This document shows positions 32,601-42,600 of a DNA stretch of 64,000 nt, one piece after another. A program made the position numbers and the translations under genes. The stretch spans positions 47,272,792-47,336,791 of the forward strand of contig NC_069000.1 in NCBI RefSeq assembly GCF_001194135.2, read 5' to 3'. Positions within the stretch are counted from its first letter, which is position 1. Every line of letters starts with the position of its first letter. The notes beneath the pieces are model-generated. The model had not been told where the DNA came from, did no database searches, and worked only from the letters and a program-made list of their open reading frames with translations. Source of the DNA: Octopus bimaculoides (Eukaryota).

Positions 32601-33248
32601 ACAGACTGTTTAACCATCACACACACGTGTGTGTGGGGGGGGTTCATTTCTTACCCCCACATGTATTACATGGGAGTCAAATATTTAACAAGCACCACAC
32701 ACCCATGTATAAGGTGGTAAAGTAGAGGTGCAAGCACCACACACGCACATATATATATATATATATATATAACGCGGTAAAGTGGAGGTGAAAATGCCTG
32801 ACCACCACCACCACACATGTATAACGCGGTAAAATGGAGGTTTAATTTCTTACTCCACATTTATAACGCGGGATGTTTAATTTCCTGGCCACTCCACATG
32901 CAAAATAGGGGAAAGTGGAAGGTTAATTTGGCCACACATGTATAACGCGGAAGTGAAGCTAAACATAAATAACAAAGTAAAATTAGAAAAAAGGGGAAAG
33001 CATTCCTTACGGCGCCAAAGAAATAAAAAAATAACAGTTGGAGGTGATGGCGAGGATTTCGGGTTTGAATGTTTAAATGGGTGTTAAAAATGAAGTGTAG
33101 AGTAAAGAAATAGGTTTTTGTTACCTTTGGCAAGAGCAACAGTGGATTCATGTGGGTCGATAGTATAGAGAATGCCTTCGTAACGTATCTCAGCCTTGGA
33201 GATGAGGCTTATCTTGCTGCCCAGATACGGAATACCTCCTCCACTCAT
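26619..33248 (-). CDS. LSM14: LSM14/RAP55/Trailer hitch family mRNP and P-body protein, about 463 aa. Exons: 33125-33248, 31031-31200, 30751-30940, 30179-30259, 29604-29807, 29355-29519, 28766-28931, 27487-27617, 27146-27282 (or -27300), 26619-26642
   Basis: N-terminal LSm domain ([25 protein letters not shown]...RSFGTEDR...[13 protein letters not shown]), FDF motif ([11 protein letters not shown]), FFD box ([13 protein letters not shown]), TFG box ([10 protein letters not shown]) and RGG repeats. The joined CDS is 1392 nt and in frame. Confidence 0.96.
27146..27282 (-). CDS. LSM14: LSM14 exon 9 (RGG/N-rich); alternative in-frame acceptor at 27300
   Basis: Acceptors ccatcag (27282) and gtttcag (27300); donor AAG|gtacgg. 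Confidence 0.82.
27487..27617 (-). CDS. LSM14: LSM14 exon 8 (TFG box [13 protein letters not shown] and RGG)
   Basis: 131 nt; acceptor ctctcccag, donor G|gtaaat. Confidence 0.95.
27970..28182. mobile_element. piggyBac-type MITE (TTAA|CCCTTT termini) in LSM14 intron 7
   Basis: ttaaccctttagcattt ... aaacgataaagggtcgaa, an imperfect TIR; related internal sequence at about 62130-62290. Confidence 0.5.
28766..28931 (-). CDS. LSM14: LSM14 exon 7 (FFD box [15 protein letters not shown])
   Basis: 166 nt; acceptor cttttcag, donor GG|gtaaag. Confidence 0.95.
29355..29519 (-). CDS. LSM14: LSM14 exon 6 (RG repeats and FDF motif [16 protein letters not shown])
   Basis: 165 nt; acceptor tttgatag, donor A|gtaagt. 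Confidence 0.95.
29604..29807 (-). CDS. LSM14: LSM14 exon 5 (V)[20 protein letters not shown]...RGRGGR
   Basis: 204 nt; acceptor ttttatag, donor G|gtaatg; RKSPT motif typical of LSM14. Confidence 0.9.
30179..30259 (-). CDS. LSM14: LSM14 exon 4, 81-nt symmetric exon (G)[26 protein letters not shown]
   Basis: Acceptor cttttgtcag, donor G|gtaaat, phase 1-1, open frame. It can be skipped without frameshift, so inclusion is not proven. Confidence 0.7.
30751..30940 (-). CDS. LSM14: LSM14 exon 3 (Q/S/G/Y-rich linker with polyQ)
   Basis: 190 nt; acceptor ctcttcccag, donor G|gtaacg; phases match neighbouring exons. Confidence 0.88.
31031..31200 (-). CDS. LSM14: LSM14 exon 2 (V)[34 protein letters not shown]...QDPAIVK
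   Basis: 170 nt; acceptor taaacag, donor AAG|gtaggt. Confidence 0.97.
32693..32960. repeat. Degenerate minisatellite, about 6 units of 40-65 bp, core ccacacatgTATAACGCGGtaaa.tggaggt
   Basis: Exact TATAACGCGG at 32768, 32820, 32862 and 32941. Confidence 0.85.
33125..33248 (-). CDS. LSM14: LSM14 exon 1 [41 protein letters not shown]
   Basis: ATG at 33248; donor G|gtaaca (phase 1). Confidence 0.97.
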
Positions 33249-33551
33249 GGTTCACTCACGCTTTCCTATTGCAATTCGGTGCCAACAAAAATTACTCTGC
33301 CTGTCTCTGGAGGACAATAGTATCGTGAGAAGGTCGACCTGTGTCCAGTGGGGTTGATGGTAGAGAGAGAGAGCGAGCGCAGCTCCTTCGACTTTCCTTC
33401 TTCTCCCCAACTAAAAATCTCTCAAGATGGCGACAATGTAACACTGTACTCTCCGCAAGGTGGCGCTCGATGTCTTTTATACACAAATCTCAGGGTTCAA
33501 CCGGGTCACTGCGCATGCGCTCTTTAGTCGTCCATCGACGAAGCAAACGAA
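33249..33551. promoter_or_regulatory. Bidirectional promoter / 5'UTR region shared by LSM14 and TAF4
   Basis: 303 bp between divergent ATGs; CpG-rich. NRF1-type TGCGCATGCGC at 33510-33520; YY1-type CAAGATGGCG at 33423-33432 and AAATGGCGGC at 33550-33559; (GA)n tract near 33362. Confidence 0.8.
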
Positions 33552-35117
33552 ATGGCGGCCACCAACTCAATCGAGGAATTGTTGTCGTCTGAGGTGGACG
33601 AGAACGAAGTAAGTGCCTTAGTTGGGAGTCTAGAGTCGAGGCTGGCCTCGCCTACCCACAAGGAGTCGTCGCAGGATGTATCGGACAGTGTAGTTGTTCC
33701 CATTACTGCTCCTGCGACGACGGACCGTGTTGGGAGCAACGGGAATACTGGTGCTACTAGCAATAGTAATGTTGGTGGAAGTGGTGCCAGTAAAAGCACT
33801 GGAAATACAACTGGTATCGGAGGAGCTGGCACCAATCACATCAACAACACTGCTACATCGTGTGTAGGAGCAAATCTCGGAATTGGTACTGCTACAGCAC
33901 CTACCGTCGTGACTGTGGCAGCGTCATCGCAACCCGCTTCGTCCACCGTCAGTGCCCCATTCGCATCTATCCAGGCTGTCAGTCAAGGACAGAAGGGCAT
34001 CCCCTTGGTAACAGCAGGCGGACCCCAAATGAACAAAAATACAGCACCAATTTCCAAAGCACCTATGGATACCCAAATTATCGGCATCAGTTCGATCCTG
34101 AGTCCTACAAACGCGACAGTAACGGGCACTGGAGCCGGTGGTGTAGTTGGCACTGGGTCACCTGCTTGTGGGGCTACTACCGTACCAGGAGCAAGTGGTG
34201 TGTCTCTACTGAATGTTAACACTCCAAATACTGTGCAGATCCCAGCCAACAGCGGCAAAATCGGAAATACACAGACAATTCGAATCATTACTCAAACATC
34301 GTCGGTTGCAAACACCAACAACTCGAACCCAAATGTTCCCTATGTACATCCAATTGCGAGACCACTGGGACCAACTCAACCACAACCTGTCCAGCATCAA
34401 GTTGTAACGACAGATAGTAATGGAGCGGCAACAGCTGTGCAGAAAAACACTGCTACCTCTGGCGTGGTCACTAACCAAACTAACCAAACAACAAACAGTG
34501 CTATTTATAATCTGGCTACAATTGCCGCCGAACGGAAACCTCTAATGGTCCCACATATGACTGTCCAACAGACTAAGTCAATGCAAACTGCTAATCGAAT
34601 GACTGTCCGTGAGCAGATTGACCAGAGGCAGGACAAAACTGGCGGACAGAAGATTACAACTACAACCACTACGACTCCACCAGTTACTTCAACACCAATT
34701 ATGAAACCCGATCAAAGTACTGGCCACTTTGTTATTAAGGATACAGCACGTAATATCACCACAGCATCACCCAAAACAGAGATAACGTGTTCTAGAGACA
34801 CGATGGCCCGTGTCACTTCAGCACAGCAGAGCGTACACATAGTGAAGGGCTTGTCTCCACAAGTCAACCCTAATGTCATCACAGTTTCACGAACCCAACC
34901 TCAAGGGGTCAGCATGGTTCAACCTCAAATACTCACCAATAATGCCACCCAAATGAGAATTGTAACTCTGAACAATCAGAATATCCACACATCTCGAGCT
35001 CTAACTGTAAATGCTGGAAGTCTTGGCAAAACGACCAACAACCGCGTAGGGACGGTTCGTATAAATACTTCACAACAATCACAACAGATCAACATCGCCC
35101 CACGACCAGGAGGAACG
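33552..35117 (+). CDS. TAF4: TAF4 exon 1 (522 codons: conserved N-terminal motif plus long T/S/G/N/Q-rich disordered region)
   Basis: ORF 33552..35216; donor ACG|gtaaag at 35118 (phase 0). Confidence 0.93.
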
Positions 35118-36627
35118 GTAAAGTACCAGTTGTTTACTTGTTGCTTTCTTTATCGCCCCCCCCCCACCTCATTTGTCTCCCTCATCGTCTCCATCTTTCG
35201 CTCTTCTCCTCTTTGAAGATTATTATTATTGTTCAGATTATTGCTATTCGTTGTTCCGTTACACACACATACAAATACGCGTATACACACAATAATTGCA
35301 ACTGTTCCTTGTTCCGTCACACAATACACACACACACACACACACACCAATGCTATTATCAAAACAGGACCCAGAACATCCTCCCACTGCATCAGTTCCA
35401 CTCGATCTGCTCCCGCTTCCAATCTCTATTAATTATCTTTTTGACTTCATTTCAAATATTCCACCCAGCCTCAGATGTTAGTCGAGAAATTTTTCACATA
35501 TTCGCGGGATCGATTTTATACTTATCATCATCATCATTATTGATATTGTTATTACTTCTGATCGAAACCTCTTATCTCCGAAAGATTCTTATTTGCTATT
35601 TGTGAATGATGTTGAAGTATTTTGACAGTAAATTCAAGTTTTAAGTTTAGTCTGACATTAAAGTCCGAAAGTGTGACTGCCAGAAAACAGGTTAAACAAC
35701 ATCAAAATACTACAGCAAACACTTATTTCTCTACATCAGTTCGTATTTCAGTGTGTATATACACACTTACTCTCACAGCGATGTGTGTGTATATCAATAC
35801 GTGTTCTAAATGTAGCAGGTGCTCCCCTAACATGCCATATGTATACACACACACACACACACACACATATATGTAACTGATTTCTTCAACCACTCCACCA
35901 TAACACTTCTATTCTCACCCATCTACACTCAGTTTTCTAAGATTTATTATATCATCGTCCTATTTACTCCAACAACGAAAGTTTGTCTTTGTTTTCGCTT
36001 GTTGGTTTCGTTTTTTTTTTCTTCTTCTTCTTAATTAGGAAAGAACAATTAACGAAATCCTAAGTTGGAAGTTGGTAAAGTGGTTATGGTGGTGATTGTA
36101 GTAATTTTGGTTGGGATGGTGCATTCTATCTCGACACTTACCAAGAAAACAGTTACTATTGGCAAGTGTGACGTGTGAAACATGAGTGTGTGTGTGTGTG
36201 TGTGTATATAGCATGCAGCGAACTGGGACCGAGCCAACGAGGAAGACTATATGGTTTGTTTAATTTACTAGAAGCAGCAGCCGAATTTATCTTGAATACG
36301 GAAAGGACACATTAGATAATGCAGTCTTACGTATTACTGAAGGAACGGGATGCTCATGGATGGAATGTCTTTGATCATAGCTCTGCTGGATCGCGTCTGA
36401 CCTGGGGCTAAAAACAATAACAATAATTCAATTAGATCGTTTGTGTGCATCTAGAAACTGGGGTTTCGTTTGCTTCTCAAATATATGAAGTGAACCATTT
36501 TTAGCATTGATATTTAAACATGGAATTAGAATATAATTTCGTAATGATACACATTGATTTCTTATTTTTCAGTTTAGTGTTTGTTTTGGTGTCTCCCCCT
36601 CTCTCACTCAGTGTGTGTGTGTTTATA

Positions 36628-36671
<44 letters not shown>

Positions 36672-39600
36672 CGCCACCGCCATCACTTGTACATATTCTA
36701 CCAGAACTAACTTTGTTTGATCTTCCAATATGACCTGTTTCTTAATTAGTAAATGTGTGTCTGTTCAGTGTTTTATTTGATCAAAAGTAGGCAACGGAGC
36801 TGTGCTAATTTTTATTCATAGAAGCTCAGTTTAGGAAGAAAAAGGATCTAAAGGGGGGAAAAAAGACACTTGTGGCCTAACGGTTAAACATATCGATTAC
36901 ATTTCCTCGTTCTCGATTTCAACAACGATCACAAATCACTTAAAGTTGTTTTGTTATTTTTATTCCATTCTTTCGGTTTCTTCCTCCAATCTCTCCGTTC
37001 TCAAACTTGTTTCTTCCTCTCTCTCTTGTTTTCAATCTGAAAATGTTACATTTTCGTTTTTATAGATATATGTATTTTCCTTCTTTGTTTACCTGAGATA
37101 GAATGCTGCTATTGATTAGCTCCAGGTAAATCGTGACTGAGCCAAACTAACGGACGGCTTAGACAATAAGTTCGTTAGAATGGTGACTTAGAATATTGCT
37201 GATAATGAGAGGATCTCTTTATCAGCATCTTCATCTTTTGACTAATCTATAAATAAGTCTGTGAACTGTAACGGTGTGTATTAGGAATACACTGTCTTTG
37301 ACCAGCCCCGGATAACCATTTCTGATTCAATACTCTGCTCTCCTATATCAGATCCTTCTGAAATAGTTTCCTGGTTACGATTCAAACTGAACATTTAACA
37401 TGCTCCACACACACACACTTCTGACACTGCAGGTTTTCAAGTCTTTGAGGAACTAAGATGACTACCAGTTTCGTAATCCACCTCCAGACTTAAATAACAA
37501 GGGTACCTTTACATGGTTGCTTACGTGCTAAATGTAACAGCTAGGTTCCCCACATTACACCCTGCTGTCTTAGTAAAGGGTACATTAAATAGTATAACTC
37601 CTGGTGACTCCTAAAAGGAATAGCTTGTTACAGGTTGATCATTAGTCTGCTCAAACAGGGCTGGCCTGGGGTTAAATACATTTTTAGTTATTTACTGCTA
37701 TCTTCTAGACAAATGGTCTTCAAGGTGTGTGTCCCTTGTACACTGACAGTACCCAAAGATTACTTCTAAAATTGGCATTTTAAAACAGCATTAATCTATA
37801 ATATTCTTGGAATATTGATGTAATGATGTTCCAATATTTATAATTTTGGCAACAAAATTACCTGGGTTAGCATCTCCCTCATTTTGTTTACCAAAACTGT
37901 CAGCACCCAAAATTGGCACTTTGGTGCCATATTACAGGCGATGATAGGTTTAAATCTTTGCCAATCTTTATCATTATGTCTGTAGGAAAAAAGGATCATT
38001 GGGCTTTTTCTGCTAAAATATAAAGAAGGCAGTAGCAAAGTATTGGCCATAAAACACCACTTTGTGGTCTCTCAACTAGCTAGAAATAGCAGCCAAGTTT
38101 CCCCCTCATCATCATCACCCTTTGTTTCCCCCAAATCTGGAGAATTACCGACTGCAGGACTGATTGATAGTGTGACAGACTTTCATCTACAGAATCAGGG
38201 GTTCATAGCTCCTCACCAACAATCAGCTTTCCCCTACAATTGAAAACAGCTCTGTCTTGCTAGCTGTATGTAGGGTACCACATAGGAATGTGCTGCAAGC
38301 AGCAAGAATACTGTAAACTTTGCAGAGTGGAGTTCAATTTCCCAAGCAGTTAAAGCTTTAGCAATGAATTCTTCAGCAGTGACCCTTATGGTCTAATGGG
38401 TTCTGGCACTGACCATTCCTGAACCTTACAACTTAAGAAATAATCCTTTCTACTATTTGTCCATAGCCTGAAATTTTAAGGGACGGGACAACTCAACTGT
38501 ATTTCTCCCAGTGTTCAACTGGTACTTTTTTTATTGACCCCTAAAGGATGAAAGGCAAAGTCAACCTTGGTGGAATTTGAACTCAGAACATGAAGACAGG
38601 CAGAATACTGCTCAAAAAATAAACCAGTTAATAACTCTCTGAAATTAAATCTTTCTAGTGTGTGTGTATTTGATTGTGTAACATCTGTTTCTCCATGCTA
38701 GAATAGGTTAGATGGGGACAGGATTTGAGGCAGGATTTTTATGGTTAGGGTTTTTCTGTCACCCACCCTTACCTGTTTTACTAGTAAGGGATTTTGTAAT
38801 TCCAGAGGAATTTGAAAGTGCAGAGCTTGCAGATGACTTGTTGACAAGAAATGTCAACAAGTGTCACCCATTGCTGCCCAGCTATCACTGGTGGACATCA
38901 TCCAGTGGAATGCAGCTCACCACAGATTCATACAAGCACACACACACACACACACATATATATACATGTATACATATATATAAGGATTTACTTTTCGTAA
39001 TGAGATAAAATACCAAGGCTGTGTATAATATAGAACATTTATAAATAGAAGGTCTTACAGCTGTTTCCAGGATATTTATTATATCCCGTCATCAGAGACA
39101 GTGTGAGAGGATGGTTAAGCAATAGTTAGTTTACATAAGATAGGAAATAGAGAGTGAATGCAGGGATATTGTATTTGTAAATCCATTGTTTAGGCAGAAT
39201 GGTATACATATAAGATTCCAATACATTGTGAGTAAAATCCAATTGTTTTTAAGATTGGTCGTTGCCTTTGTAAATCCATTATTAAGCAGTTTATTTTGAA
39301 TTTAAAGATGTTCAAAAGATTGTATAAATTAATTTGATTCAGTTGGAATTACTTTTTAAGATGTGTGTGTGGTAGTGGTGGTGGAGTTAGCATCAAGTTG
39401 GCTGGAGTAGCAGAGAAAATGTCTTGTCTTGGTTCACTTGGCTGTTAGTAACCTGTAACAGATCATATGGAAATGTTAGTTGTGGTAGACTGACATTCTG
39501 CTGTCCCAGTGTTTGAGACAGATATAAAATACAATCCACTGGAATTGTTGTAATTATGCCATAAATATAAGGGATTATTTTCTAGAATGTAGAAAAGCAA

Positions 39601-42600
39601 TTATATTGTTTTCACCAACCATGGATTTAGTGGGGNNNNNNNNNNNNNNNNNNNNNNNNNNNNNNNNNNNNNNNNNNNNNNNNNNNNNNNNNNNNNNNNN
39701 NNNNNNNNNNNNNNNNNNNNNNNNNNNNNNNNNNNGAACATAATAGATGATTTATTGGCTGATAAAAGACGTACTTTGTCACGCTCTTTGTCAGCAAAGC
39801 CACAAGAGAGAGATGTATTGCACAGGGAACTCAAGGATGTGAAATCACATGTGAGGCGGAGGCTCTCTCAGATGATGGATACCTGGTGGAGTAAGAAGGC
39901 TGATGAGATACAGGCGGCATCGGATTCCAATAACACAAAGCTGTTGTATGGTCTCTTGCGAGAGGTTTATGGACCGACTTCTTCTCTGATAACACCATTT
40001 CGGAGCAGGGATGGTAAAGAACTTCTTCGTGATTCACAAGGAACTCTGCGAAGGTGGCGAGAATACCTTGATGAACGTTTGAATCAGCAGTCTGTAGTTA
40101 GTGAGGATGTTCTCAATCTCATCCCTGAATAACCTGTGAGGGCGGCTGTTGTGGAACCACCAATGTTGGAAGAAGTTGCAATGGCTGTCTCAAGGATGAA
40201 TAATGGGAGGTCTCCGGGTTTGGATGGCATTCATGCAGAGTTGTTGCAGCATGGTGGTGAGAAACTTCTGCAGCAACTTCACTCTTTGTTTGGCAGGATA
40301 TGGGCTAGTGAATCTGTACCTGAGGACTGGAGAGATACAGTAATGGTGGTCTTATATAAGGGAAAGGGCAACAGGAATGATTGTGGTAACTACAGGGGAA
40401 TATCATTGCTTTCTGTCGTAGGAAAGGTTTTATGCAGGGTACTTCTGGATCTTCTACTGAAACATGTTGCAGATTGTGTTCTTCCAGAAAGTCAACCTGG
40501 CTTTCATGTGGAACGCGGCACTACTGATGTGATCTTCTCAGCTAGACAGCTTCAGGCATGGGGTGGAGGGTTTGACTGGGGTCTGGGAAGCCAGGAGGCT
40601 GCACCAGGCCCTAATCTGATCTGGCAGTGTTTCTACAACTGAACAGTTTCACCAGTTGAATGAAAAAGCAGCTATGAGGGTTCATGTAAATACTAATGAA
40701 ACTAATTATGGTTATAATTTCATTTTTACACAAATAATTACCTAATTAATTCATACAATAATTGTTTTGGCATTTATGTTCTTTCTTGTTCAGTAAGAAG
40801 AATTATGCAGTTATAAGATTTATATTCTTATATTTACCATATTCATACCACCATAATTAAACTACACTAATTATACCACCATAATTATATTGCCATAATT
40901 AGACCATTAAAAGGGATATGTAACTTTGCTATATACTTGTACTTTTATCTTAATTCTGTCTCAAAGAATTATCCTGGGATCATGGCCAACATGTTTAGTT
41001 TAATATACTCATCTTGGATCACCCTTATTAAGATTACATTAGATCCATGGATTAAAGCCACTTTTAATCATGGTTTCTGCCCCTAGAAAGCTTCTCCCTA
41101 AAGGTACCTTGCCAAGGCTAGTGCCTTTGGGGAGAAGACAAACAGGTATCCATGAACGAAAGCCTCCTCTAAGCTGCAGCTGGTTATTGGTTCAGATGTT
41201 GTGCATTTAAAGCAATTCAGTTTATTATTTTAGCTTCTTTAATCAACTGAGATGGAATATAAACGAGCCTTAATATTTTGATAGATTTGTTGTTCGTATT
41301 TGTACCACCATATACATTATAGTTTTATTATACAATGTACTGTATCCCATGGCAAGCAATGAGACCAACAACCAAAACAATCACTAATGTTTTGTTATTT
41401 TCCTTCCTTCTAGAATGCCATTACTTTACCCACAAGCATTCAGCTTCAACCTGGCACCGTATTGGTGAAAAATGAACAAGGCCAATTAGTTTTGGTTCAT
41501 GCGAGTCAGTCAAGTGTTCTACAACCACAGACATCTACCAATACTACTGTTTTACCAGGGAAACTGCAAAATGTCAAGGTAAGTCCTTTCGTGTGTGTGT
41601 GTGTTCTTTGTTAATGAGAGTAAAATGAAGTGAACATCTTTCATTCAACATTGTACTCAATATGATCAAGACCTGTTGAAATGGCTGTGGCATGCTGATC
41701 ACTTATAGTGGATGGAACTTGTGGAAGAGGGAGACCCTAGGAAAACACAAGATGAAGTAGCGAAGGCTGATCTCAAGATGCTGAACCTCACAAGAGAAGT
41801 GATGAAGGACCAAGATGAGTCGTAATTCAATGTGTTTGAGAAGTCTCTTCCATCACAGCAAAAATGAGATTCTGAAAGCCTTCCCCACATCAATCCCCCC
41901 CCCCAGCAACCGTCCCTCTGTCACTCCTCTATCTATGTCATTACTTGGTGGACATAATAATAAAGAATGGGATTGTCGCATCAGTGACAGGTGCTGGATA
42001 AAGGTTTATCTGGAGGTTAAACAACTTTGAATGGTGATTGAGGAGTTAAGCAGTGATTAAACATTTTTGAATGATAACTAATGGTTTAATCAGAAGTTAT
42101 AGATTGTGGACCATCAACAACTGAATCATTGATAAGTTAAGTGTCATTTGTATGAGGCAAGGGACGAAACTGTCGTAAATGAGATAATTATAAACCTTTT
42201 GATGTGGAACTCATTTATTTATCTAATTATCTACACATTTAATACATATATATGCTGACTAATGAGCAATATGAAATTACTCACCCCATTTCAACTGAGT
42301 TCCTGGTTTGTGATTGACTTAAATAGTAATTACTATGAAGTGCTGTTTGTAAGAGAAGAGCGAGTGTCGGTTCTTGTTCTCTTAAAAGTAGCCAACCTTC
42401 CATGGAATATGTCAAAGCAATTTTCTTATTTGTGTTGTTGCTAAGAAAATTAAAGTCTGTATTCTCTTTTGTTTACTTTCTACAGCAGAGACATTACAAA
42501 CTTTAGTGCAACTACATTCAATTGATCTCATGCGTATGTATGTTTGTTTAATTATCCATCTAACGATCCTTTTGATTTGTCATCCTTAATTATTGTTTTC

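Noticed and set aside
35118-35216. 3' part of the 554-aa ORF 33552..35216
   Set aside because: Read-through into intron 1 after a good donor at 35118; the frame continues in TAF4 exon 2.
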